From: Candidatus Omnitrophota bacterium
GTDB taxonomy: Bacteria > Omnitrophota > Omnitrophia > Omnitrophales > Aquincolibacteriaceae
Assembly (NCBI GenBank): GCA_030698625.1
Contig: JAUYMS010000042.1
Span: 28,150 to 92,149, forward strand
Direction of reading: 5' to 3'
Length of the DNA stretch: 64,000 nt
The position numbers were made by a program, and so were the translations under genes. The notes below the pieces were generated by a model that did not search any database, had not been told where the DNA came from, and worked only from the letters and a program-made list of their open reading frames with translations. Shown in pieces: positions 49,525-60,700 of the stretch (position 1 is the stretch's first letter; each line of letters opens with the position of its first letter).

Positions 49525-50412
49525 TCACTTAGGCCTTGCCGCTCCCAGGTTGCGGTAAATCTCCGTCGTGGCTTGCGACTTGTTTAGGGTATAAAAATGA
49601 ATCCCCGGAGCCCCTTCTTTGAGAAGTTTTTCACATTGCTTCGAGGCATGCTCAATTCCGTAAGACTGCACCGAATCCTGGTCATCGCCATACCGCCCTA
49701 TGGCATCCCTCATCGCGGGAGGGATCTTGGCCCCGCACATTTCCGCAAACTTCTTAATCTGCGGCCCATGCGTCACCGGCATGATTCCCGGAACAATCGG
49801 CAGGTCGATTCCGGCCTCGCGCACTCGGTCCACAAAAGAAAAATAATCATCGTTATCGAAAAAGAGCTGAGTAATGATAACGTCCGCACCCTGCCCCACC
49901 TTAATCTTCAAATGTTCCAAATCCTTTTTTTTGTCGCGGCATTCTACGTGGCATTCCGGATAACCGGCAACGGCCAGGGAAAAAGAATCAGAAAACGTAG
50001 GGTGCTTGCGGATAAACTCCACCAACTCACTGGCATAGCGGAACCCTCCGGGAACCGGCTTAAATTCCGTTTCGCCTTTCGGCGGGTCGCCGCGCAAGGC
50101 CACGATATTCTCAATCCCTTGCTCCCAAAGCGCGCCGAGCACCCCTTCGATTTCGTCCCGGGTCTGCCCGACGCAGGTCAGATGCGCCGCGGCTTCGATG
50201 CCGATTTCCTCCTTAATCACAGAAACTATGCGGATGGTATTGTCACGCGTCGTGCCCATGGCACCATAGGTCACCGAGACAAAGGACGGAAACAGGCCCT
50301 TGAGAAGGTGGACTGTTTCGAAGAGCTTCTTCTCCCCCTCATCCGTCTTTGGCGGAAAAAACTCGAAAGAAAAGGTCTGTTCCTGCTGGCGGTAAATATC
50401 GGATATCTTCAT
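49525..50412 (-). CDS. metF: 5,10-methylenetetrahydrofolate reductase
   Basis: FSFEFFPPKT ... VSVTYGAMGTTRD MetF signatures; 295 aa. Confidence 0.9.
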   Translation of the reverse strand: MKISDIYRQQEQTFSFEFFPPKTDEGEKKLFETVHLLKGLFPSFVSVTYGAMGTTRDNTIRIVSVIKEEIGIEAAAHLTCVGQTRDEIEGVLGALWEQGIENIVALRGDPPKGETEFKPVPGGFRYASELVEFIRKHPTFSDSFSLAVAGYPECHVECRDKKKDLEHLKIKVGQGADVIITQLFFDNDDYFSFVDRVREAGIDLPIVPGIMPVTHGPQIKKFAEMCGAKIPPAMRDAIGRYGDDQDSVQSYGIEHASKQCEKLLKEGAPGIHFYTLNKSQATTEIYRNLGAARPK

Positions 50413-50458
50413 AAGTTAGAGGGATAATAGCGAACTACGGTATCAGTGACAAGCAACT

Positions 50459-51430
50459 TTAGAACCAGCTGACTCTCTTTTGCGCGGCCGGAATCTTCTT
50501 ATCATCCTCGTGCAGGCTTTCATTCATTTCCATCGGATGGGCTTGATGGACTCCCATCTGGGGGGCAAAAACAATGGAATCGGAGGAATTTACCGTTATC
50601 TGGCGCACTTCGCTCAGCATATCCTGCTTAAAGTCAATCATTGCCGGCTCCTCGCCGTCATCTTCAACGATCCCCTCGAGAACCGTGCGGCGATCCTGAA
50701 ACGGCGGATGCGTATTCATAAAGACGACGAACCGGCTCACGTCGTCCATTTCAATCTGTGTTAACCGTTCCACAAAGGCCTTGAAACCTCTGGGGTCGTA
50801 ACCGGCCGCGACAAGGTATTCAACGGCCTTTTCATCGGCGTGAATCTCGGCGTCCTTTCCAAACTGTCGGCCAATATAGGGAGCCGCCTTGCCGGTGTAT
50901 TTTACGGCGTAATAAGCGGCCGTTCCGTAGGTTCCGATACTGTTGCGGGCCAGTTCGGTACCTTTAGACAAAGCGTCGTAGGCCTTCTTCATCTTGTCAT
51001 GCTTGGGAATATGCGAGTACTCGTAGTAGGAAATATGCCCAATTTCATGGGCTATAATACCGGCCAGCTCCGACTCGGAGCGGACAAAGTTAACCATGCC
51101 CCGCGTCATGTAGATATAGCCTCCGGGGCCGCCGAATATGTTCACATCATCACTATCGAGAAGAATTACGTGATAGGGCAGGTGGGGTCGCGTAGAAACA
51201 GCAGCGATGCTCGACGCAATCGCATTGAGATAAGTTTCAAACTTCGGGCTATCGTAGATCTGGTATTCCTCTAAGACCCGCCTGTGATTTTGCTCCCCAG
51301 CTCTAATCTCGACCAAATCATCTAACGTTAGCGGAAGTTCTTGGCTTATAACACCCTTGCGATCAATGCGCGAGCAACCGGCAGCAACAACTATCATAGC
51401 TATCAGCACTGCGTAGGCCATTCGTGCCAT
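50459..51430 (-). CDS. M48-family zinc metallopeptidase lipoprotein (YcaL/BepA-like)
   Basis: HEIGH zinc motif and downstream EIHADEKAV / GYDPRG motifs; lipoprotein signal MARMAYAVLIAMIVVAAGCS. Start placed at the ATG at 51430, preceded by GAGGAG 8 nt upstream. Confidence 0.8.
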   Translation of the reverse strand: MARMAYAVLIAMIVVAAGCSRIDRKGVISQELPLTLDDLVEIRAGEQNHRRVLEEYQIYDSPKFETYLNAIASSIAAVSTRPHLPYHVILLDSDDVNIFGGPGGYIYMTRGMVNFVRSESELAGIIAHEIGHISYYEYSHIPKHDKMKKAYDALSKGTELARNSIGTYGTAAYYAVKYTGKAAPYIGRQFGKDAEIHADEKAVEYLVAAGYDPRGFKAFVERLTQIEMDDVSRFVVFMNTHPPFQDRRTVLEGIVEDDGEEPAMIDFKQDMLSEVRQITVNSSDSIVFAPQMGVHQAHPMEMNESLHEDDKKIPAAQKRVSWF

Positions 51431-51504
51431 GAGGCACTCCTCGTTCATTAATCTACTTCTTCCTATAATAGAATATACCTCGTCAGCGATCGATTTACAA
51501 TTTT

Positions 51505-51777
51505 CTAGAGGAGCGTAAAAGCGAGCATCCCCATGAGGATCATGAGGATAATAAGGATAAGCCTTCCGTCCTTGATCCATTTCGCAAGCTTTCCGATCGG
51601 CCCGGAATCATCAAAAACCCGTTCGCCGCAATAGAGGCAGGAAAAGCTATTTTCCTTAATCGGCTGGCCGCAATGACGGCATGAAATATCGGCAAGAGGC
51701 CGGGATTCTTCGGCTTCCCATTTCTTGCGAAGGCTCTCGGGTTCTTCTTCCTCTTCTTCGTTAGGCATAAATCTCAA
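51505..51777 (-). CDS. small zinc-ribbon protein with acidic N-terminus and C-terminal TM helix, translationally coupled to giant gene C
   Basis: CRHCG...CLYCG zinc ribbon; C-terminal LILIILMILMGMLAFTLL. ATG overlaps the gene C stop by 17 nt. Confidence 0.5.
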   Translation of the reverse strand: MRFMPNEEEEEEPESLRKKWEAEESRPLADISCRHCGQPIKENSFSCLYCGERVFDDSGPIGKLAKWIKDGRLILIILMILMGMLAFTLL

Positions 51778-54700
51778 CGGCCTTTTGTGAGCGGAGTTCT
51801 TCGACGTATTCCGCTAGGTTGATGATAAAGGCTCCCCGGCTTGAAGAGACGCCCGGTAGGATCATCGGCAATTGCCGGATCAGAATTTCGCGCTGTTTTA
51901 TGGGATCGCTGACGCCGCGAATGAGTTCGGCCGCCTTTAATATTTCGGGGATCATAAGCGCCGCAGCCTGACGGTCGGTTTCGTGCACCTCATCCGGATT
52001 CAAAACAAAATTCGCCGAGCCGATGATATCGCTCAGGTATTGCACGTCATCGGCCAGGAACGCCGCTACCGCATAATCATGGGCCTTGATATAGGAATTC
52101 ATCGCCTCCGCGACGGAGCCCTCGTAAGAGACAACCTCGATGAGCTTATCAAGACGTGAAAGGAGACCGCCGCTACGGCGCAGTGCCATGGTCTTGACCA
52201 TGCCGAGCCCGATTTCCGCATTACGATTCGTCAGCCTGCGGCGAATTTCCGCATAAAGCGCGGGGTTGGCCATCACGGCCACGAAGGGCTCGCTGCTCTG
52301 CGACTGGGCATGAAACTCATCAAGCGCCTCCAAAAAGACATAAAGTGCGCGCGGGGAATCCAGTAAGGCCTGCATCCAATCCGGATCTAAAATGACACGG
52401 CCGGTCCCGGATTCGGCAAGGCCGGGATGATCAGCCTGAACGCGTTCAGGATAATTCACGGCTGCCATGTACTTACCGCCGGCTTTTTCAATCGCACTTT
52501 CGACACGCTCCGGAAAAATTCCGGCCGTAACAGCAAACACCTTTTTGCCGAGCACCTGACTGAGCAGATCCCGAGCGCCTTCGGGCCCGAGGGTCTGAAC
52601 CAGAAGACGCGACATCAGAAATTCGCGAAACTTCTTCAGGGTGATAAGCGCCTCCGGTGAAACCGTTACGACAGGCGAACGCCTGGGCCCCTCCGCGCGC
52701 AATTCCGATCTGTCTGTATCATGAACGGATAATTTGGGAATAATGGCACGAACAGCATCAACCAACGGTGTCGGGACACGAGAGTTGATCATGTGAGCGT
52801 TTCTCGGCTTTCCGATGCCCGGGGAATCGGCCTTCACTTGAGCCATGCCGATCTTATCCGTCTCCTTGGCGCGGTTGGGATAGATTTCATAGTAAACTTC
52901 GGCAATGAGACGTGCCCACTCATACTTGGTCAGCGATTCCGCTCCGTTAATCTGATGGATACCGGTCTTGTTCCCTTGAATAATGTCTAGGGTCAGACTG
53001 GCCACATCCCGCACCGAGGTCGGATGGCGCACCTGTTCGTTATCCAACACGAGAGATGCGCTCTCATCATCCGAATCCAGGAAATCGACGACTTGTTTAA
53101 TGAAATTTTTCTGGATGGCGGCTTCACCGTAACCGATACCCAGCCTCACGACCGCGCCCTTGGGATGCTCGAGCACAAGCTTCTCTCCGGCAGCCTTCGT
53201 TTCCCCATAATAATTGAGCGGCCGGGGTTCGGCGTCTGCGCCATACGGAGCGTTGCCTCCTTCGAAGACATAATTGCTGGACAGATAAATGAGCGGGCCG
53301 TCGAAATATCTGCGGACAGTCTCAACGGCCGTCACATTGAGCGCATAGGCCTTGGCGCGATCGGCTTCCGCCCCCTCGGCGGTAGGTTCTCCGGCCGCAT
53401 AGACAATCACGTCGGGCCGGAATTCAGCGATGAATCGCCGCACGGCCGCCTCATCCTTCACATCGAGCGCCGCGAAAACGTCACCCACGCGGCTGTATGC
53501 GGTGCCGCTCACATTCGCGTAAACTTTGCGCGCGGCCTTGTCTATTTCGCTGCCGACAAAACTCGAGGCGCCAATAACGGCTACGCGCTTGGTTCTTAAT
53601 TCGGAGCGGTCGGCCAGATAGGTCTCTAACTCTTCAATCGCCTGACTGAAACTCGTTTCGTCAAAGCGGGTTGTTTCAATCTTTGACCAGATGTCACGGA
53701 GCTCCGGAGTGGAGTCCAGAATGCCCATCTCGAAAAAGCGGTGAACGACCTCATACACCGCCTGAACCGCCTGCTCGTAGATCACGCTCATCTTCCACTC
53801 CCTCTCGTCGCCCACGACGTGATACGGCAACAGTCCCGCCAGCAAAGTGGCATGGGTGAAAAGTAACCTATCCTTCCAAAAGCCGTTCACTTCAAAAGGA
53901 AAGAGTTCATCTTTGACGGTATCGTCGCGCATGAAAACACGAAAAGCGGCAGAAAACTCTTTGATGTTGCTGAGCATATTGGCGGTGTTCGCATCACTGA
54001 GATCATGATATTCCGACAATACGGCGGCGCCCCCTTCGGTTCCGGGCAGCTCAATCTCAAAATGGTAGGCGTGGGAATGATTCAAGGCCAGGTCATAACG
54101 GCCCTCTTGGTTATGAAGGAGTTTGGCAAAATCGTAGAGCGGGTCATTCCCTTCGGCCATCCATTTGGGATCCACAAACTTCATACGGGAGATTTCTCCG
54201 GTAATCGCATAGTGGAAGCGATCGATCAGGATGTTCCCGAAGTGGAGATCGCCCATCTGTTCCGACAGATAAGGCGGGACAAATCGCATGGGATGAAGCG
54301 AGGACAGGAGCTCCAACACCCTCTTCGTGGTCGGAAGGTTGGGGCGATACTGCTTCTGCAAAGGAGACGTCATGCCGTTGTACCGATTGACCTTTCGCTT
54401 CCGGATCTCGAGATAAGGGGCCGCCAGAAGACGCCGGGCCACTTCCGAATCACGAGCGGCTTCCGCCCACCGTTCATCCAGTTTCTCAAAGTGCTTTTGA
54501 TCGACAAAATCTTCGGGAGTATCCGCCACTTTTTTAAGATAGAGATCGGGCAACAAGTTCCGATAAATATCCACGGCCATCTCAAAGGGCGTTCGATTTG
54601 CCAAACTGAGTTCCGGGCTCAGCACACTGTGTTCGATGACTCGGGTCAGATTCGGCCACGGGATGTCCTCCATCTCGACGACAGTATCCTCTCCATCGTC

Positions 54701-57700
54701 ATGGATCCTGAGGAGCTTGGGGAACCATTCGCCGCGCTTATCACCCTCACTCTGCAGTCGCCGGATAAACTCGGCTTCGCGGCGCAGCTTGCCTTTGTCT
54801 TTGGCCGTATTCGCTCTTTTTTCAATAAGCACACGGCCATCCGGATAGAATTTTCTTTCCACGGTACTGTAGGACCCACCGTGCAGGCGTTCTGATCTCA
54901 CGCCTAAACCTGCTATTCGGGCAATATTCGGAATTCCATAGCGAGACGTGCGGCCAAACCGCGATCCCAGCGGGTAGTAATCCCCCATCATAAAATAAAT
55001 CTCCGGCACCACATTTCGCCTAACGGGCACGCTAACGACCTCCACTTCCGCCTTTTTGTCCGAGGCCACTTCCCGCATGAAGACCAAACCGCCGCCGCCC
55101 GTTGCCGCGGCAACGATGGACGCGTCAACCACCTGCTGCGCTTCTCGAACCACCTGCTTGGACGCAAAATGAATTTCGGCCGTGAGATAGTGGAATAATT
55201 TCTCATGCTCCTCGTAATTCCATACCTTTGTATCGCCGGCTGCTTTTTGCCACTTTTCCGGGGAGTCTTCCGCCGGTATCAGCGCCCAGCGAAATCCGTC
55301 GCGCTCAGCCTGACGCGTCAGAGCCTTGAATTTCTGCTGATCGCCCGAATTCAGCGCCGCAAATAATGTTTCGTCAGTCACCTCTACTTCGCGCAGCTCG
55401 GAGCGGTCAGTGCCGGCAATCGCGGCGGCTTTTCTCGGCAATACGAAGGCATGTCCGTCTTCATCATAGCGCCTTCCCAGGTAGCCAAAAAGCCGGCCAA
55501 AAAAGTCTCGATCACTGTCTGTGAATTCAACCGCCATCTCGTTATAGACAGAATCCGGATCGACAAACAAAGCGAATTTAGGCGAAAAATCCTGGGCAAT
55601 CGCAAACTCATTGTCGGCAACGTGGCGCAGAGCTGCCGCTGAACGGCTAAACAGCCCATGAAGCCTTTGCATCTCAGGCTCAGAGAGCGCAATGCGGCCA
55701 TACCACTCTTCGAGCAGCGCGCGCGCCGCTTCGTCACCGGCTTGTCCGGCCCTACTCTCCAGGAACATTGCGATGAACATGGCAATGTGGTCCAAAATGA
55801 CGGCCCGTGAAATTTTCTTGTAGGCTGGCAGCTCTTCAGCCGAAATGTCACTGACATCCGGGACAAGAATCGTATGGATCAGTGTGACAAAATCATCTGC
55901 CTGAATGCCCCGCACCGCCGAACCCGCCACGTATCTAAGATCATCGCCGCCTAGTTGCGTGCGCAGGATGCCAATATTTTCCGTTATGAATCCGATGTCC
56001 TGCCCTTTTCGGCCGAAGAGGGCCGCGATATCACCGAAGTCACCGTTGCTTAACACCCGGGTAAATCCCTCGGAAGGTTTATGGACATCCGCCAAGTTAT
56101 TAACCTCGAGCCCTGCAATCTCGGGCCGTCCTTTAAAGAGAAGCCCGAACCGCGGTTCTGCGATGTCAAGCATGTCGTCAACCAGTTCCAATTTACCTTG
56201 AAAGATCCACTCCGTCTCTCGGGTGGAAATGCCTTGAACATCAGCCCACTGGTCGAAGGCCGTGCGCATAAGGGCCGAGAGCAAGCGCTTAGTCTTGTAG
56301 CCGCTCTCGGTCGCGACCAGTTCCTGCCGCAGTCCCTCGGCCTTGTCCAATGCCGCCGCTATCTGTGCCTCACTGCCCCCCAAGCTCTTGATTAACGTTT
56401 CAATCACGGTCTTAAAATGCGGGCCTTTTCTGTAATCCTCGCGCTTAAGGCCGGTCGCTTCGGCAACCACAAAAAGTCCCGTGAATAGAGAGCGGATAAG
56501 GATAAGCGCATCTTGTGGAATTGTGATCGGAACTAAGTCGCCTGTGTCTTTAAGAAGACCCGCGGGACTCACATTACGCGTAAATCCGGACTTAACATGC
56601 GTTGCCATGTCCACATACTTGATCGTCAGATGCGACTTCAATACCGCCGCAATATTGAGAGCCAACATCTCACTCAAGTCACTTAGGTAATTGTCTCGCG
56701 CCTTATCGAGATCGGGATCAATTTCATCGACAAGATAATTTTGCATACCCCCCACCATAATGTCTGAAAGCGAACGGGTGTCATCGACGATGACACGCAC
56801 CGAAGCATATAAAGGTTCCAGTTTTTCGCTCACGCCCAAACGCGAGAGATCTTCCCGGCTCAAAATCTCTTCGGCGGCGATGGTAATGGCCGATAGATAA
56901 GCGCCGTTTTCGAGAAGGAGTTTGTCGTGACGAACGGCCGCTTCTTCCTCAAGGCTCGAACCTCCTATGGCCACATTCGAGTGTTGATAAGACGTGAGAA
57001 AGACACCGCTTTTCCCTTCTAAGCGCGGATCTTGAACCACGCTGACTCCGGTTCCGTCGACCTGCTCGTGCCCCGCGTCGGCAAGCACCAACTGCGGAGC
57101 CGCTGTACCGGCTATCACATCCGCAAGAGGCGCGGTATGCATCGTATATTTTCCGCCAATCCCTTTGTACTGTAGGGCAATGACTTCAAACGCTAATTTG
57201 TGCCCAAGCTGACGCGCGAAATTAAAAAGCGCAATCATGTAAAGAGCGCGGTAAACCTCATCGTACATTTCCAAACCGGGAATAAGGCGGTCTCCGAACT
57301 CCGTCTTACTGACCCCAGCTACGCCCGACCTCGTCTGTTCTTTAATCTCGGCAAGCGCCGCATCTGCCGCCTGACCCATTTCCTCCCCGATAAAGGCCTC
57401 ATAATCCTGCGCCGTCGCAAGAATTTTCATCTTCCCGTCGTTGACGATCATCTTGATTTTATTCTTCGGCATTAAGACGGTCCCCTGCCGAGTCGGTTTG
57501 ACGGCCGTCTGAAGCAGCGGCAAATGCACATAGGCATTCTCGCTGTCTCTAACCCACTCCAGCCCGACGGAAGCCATCTCCTCTTCGGTGAGTTCAGTAC
57601 CATCCTCCCTATGAATAGCGCCGACAAAGGGAATAACCATGTCTGCAGCCAGATCGAAGTTACCTTGGCCATCGTATCGCGCGAACTTTTTTGATTTTAC

Positions 57701-60700
57701 GCGCAGAAGGCGTGCCTCTTTCAACACTTGGGGAATTCCGGCAAACGACCCGCGCACAAGCCGTTCGCTTGGGTTTGGATTTTGCGTATCCACATTGAGA
57801 CCTGACATAAAAATCCGGCCTCCCAACCGCTTCATCACGGGGAAATCCAGTAACTTGTCCAGCCCCAAGGCAAATTCTGCCAAGGTTCCTATGGAAAAGG
57901 GGTACGGGTGAACGATCTTTGTTTGCCCTTTCTGCTCCGCGACGTGCCAGCGGAATCGGCCTACCCACTGTTCAACGACATCACGATCGATCGTGATGTC
58001 GTGCACATTGTCGGCGGACGCCGTCGCCCTCAGCTCAGAACGATCCTTCTCATCCTCGAAAGATCGGAGGAAATCGTCAGCCGCTTCCGTATCGAGAAGG
58101 CGCTCTACCAACACATCCACAGGGACATCGTCACTGTAGTAAAGTTGGATGGCTTCAAATAAAAAGCTCCATCCTAAGCGGGCGCGAGTCGCTTTGCTCT
58201 CCCGGGCATGAACGGGGTTTTCAGGATCCAGTTCGCGCGCTTGCTCGTGCTGGAGAATCGCCAATCGGTAATACCGGTGGGCGTCCCACCAGTCCAAGAC
58301 CTCTGCCGCGGCATCCCCGCCTAAACGATAAGCATTCCCGAGCGCCGCATGGGCGGAGGTTTTCTGCGCTGTTGCGATGCGGTCGTCGGCCGTATAGGTA
58401 AGCGCCGCTTCCTGCTTTTTGATGGCCCGCTCATAGAGATCTTCGGCCTTACGAAGATTACCCAATTCCACTTCGACGTTCGCCTGCCTCAGGTAGTTGG
58501 TGCCTTGAGCGCTTAGGATTTTGGCCATCACACCGGCGTACTTGGATCTTTGCTCAGGCTCGCCTGGTTTGTTTATTCCGATACCGGTCTGCTCGGTGAT
58601 GTCGTCCAATGCTTTTCGAGCTCGAGTTCTCTTTTTTCCCTTCTTGGGTGCCTCTGCGCTTTTTAGGGCGAACTTTTCCGCCTTGCCAAGGTGGCCCATG
58701 GCCTTTCTGAGGATTTTAAGCCGTTGACGCGGATCGTGTTGCAATTCATACGAAACATCAATGGCTGTAGAGACATCCACGGCTGTCTGAAACCACTCGT
58801 CGGCCCTTTCGATATTGAGGCCGGCTTTTCCGCCTTCGGTAGTCGGGCCCAACAAGTAGCGATGTTCGGCCGGGTCCGGGCCGGCCGGCGCCGCGTCCTC
58901 CTGCTTGGTCGATAGCATGTACTGCCTGAGGAACCGCTTCACGACCCGCTCGTCACGGCCGTTTCCGAGATGCCGGTTCAGCATGTGTACGACAAACTTC
59001 TTGGTTTGTTCCAACCCCGCACCGTTTTCACCACCGGCCGCTTTGTAGACATGCGCCACCAGGGCTTCAAAGAGAGTCGAGTGATAATCTTCGCCCTCGG
59101 TCACCAACTGGGAGTGGACATCTGCAAGCGCGGCCATCATCACACTCGCCAAAAGGCGGTTGGAGGCGATAATGCCGTGCAGATGCCGGAAGACATCGTA
59201 CTGTTTCCACTCATCGGGCACATCATCGGCTCGCCACATATCGACTAAAAGCGATAGAACAACCATATCCAATATCGAGTCACCCCAGGTCGCGTACCGT
59301 TCGTCGATAATAAAAGGGAACTTATGCGGAGTCGCGCTGGTGGCATACTCCCGCTGTCCCTTAGACGCCGTTGTAATGGCCATGAGCTGGTCAGGTGAGA
59401 GGCGGTTGCCTTCAAAAAGGATCTCTCCCAGTTTCGCGCGTGCTTTCGGATGAGCATCCAGCAAGGTGCCTACGGCAAGTAGCTGCCTACGGCGCATGGG
59501 CGGGCCGGTATGCGGTTCAAAGATCGGTTCCATCGAGGTTCCCTCCGGCTCATAATCCAGGCCGTCAAACGACGGGTGCAGCAACGCTTTAATGGCGCTC
59601 TCATGGCCTTCCGTGTACAGGGCCCCGATCATAAGAAACATGAGATATTTACGCGTGTCACGCGTCGCATAAAAGGCGTTCGGATCAAAATCTCCGGCCC
59701 CCTTCGCCAGCTCCGTGAAAGAGTTATAAAGTTTGTGATGACCTAACCACAGTTCCCGCACTGAAGGGTCGGCCGCGTTAATAAAGTCGTGCAGACTTTT
59801 TTCATGAATGCCTGGATAACGGCCCATCGCATATTGAATGAGGGCGTGTTTGTATACAAAATTACCCAGGAAGTAGAAGAACCCGGCCTGCTTCGCTAAC
59901 TTTCCTTCGGTTGAAACGCGCATAAGCGCCGCTGCGCCTTTTTCCCATGCCGCACGCTGCTCGTCACTTTCAGAGGCGATGTGCTGCGCATAGGCCCCGT
60001 CAACGCGTGCAAAGTCACGCTTCGTGGGATCCGTCGTTCCGCGCGGCCCCTTACGGTAAACATAGGCGCGGCGTCTGCGGCGGTCGGTTGCCGTTCTTAT
60101 CTTTTCAAAACCCATGTAATTAAGCCAGGCAAACTGTTTATTGTCATCGATCTCGCGGACCGGGATATCCGTGATAAGGACCCCTCCCTCGCGGAGGGCA
60201 TTATGGGCCGTCGCGTAAAACGTGCTGAAGCTCGCGACGCGGTTTTGCTGCACTCCGAGCATGAGGCCGCTTCTTTTAACCTCCATGCCGTCCATATAAA
60301 TCAGATCCAATTCATCCTTGTATTCCAACAGGGCATCGGCCAAAGCAAAGGGGTTGTACGAACTCCCCAGCGGATCAACTGCCGGAATGCTGTCAATCGT
60401 CATACCCCGCTTTCTGAAATCTAAATTGAGAGCCGCGGACTCTTCACGATCCCCCACATGAACGGCTTTCTTCCCCTCCACACCCCCCGGGAAATATTCT
60501 CTGACGGCAATGTGGAGAAGTTCGTGTCCGGGCCGCAAATTTGCCTCTCTGGCGGATTTTAGTTTTGCCTGCATGCGATGATTTATGACATGCTTGAGAA
60601 AATCCTGGGTCATCTCACTGTCGCTTGGTGTCCCTTTACGAAACGCCAGCAGAAGCTGTCCGGGCAGATTTCCTATCACTTTAATTTGCTCAAAACCCAT

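Noticed and set aside
49525-50458. A SAM riboswitch or other leader RNA upstream of metF
   Set aside because: Only 46 nt separate metF from the preceding M48 peptidase gene, too short for a riboswitch. metF is more likely co-transcribed with the upstream genes.
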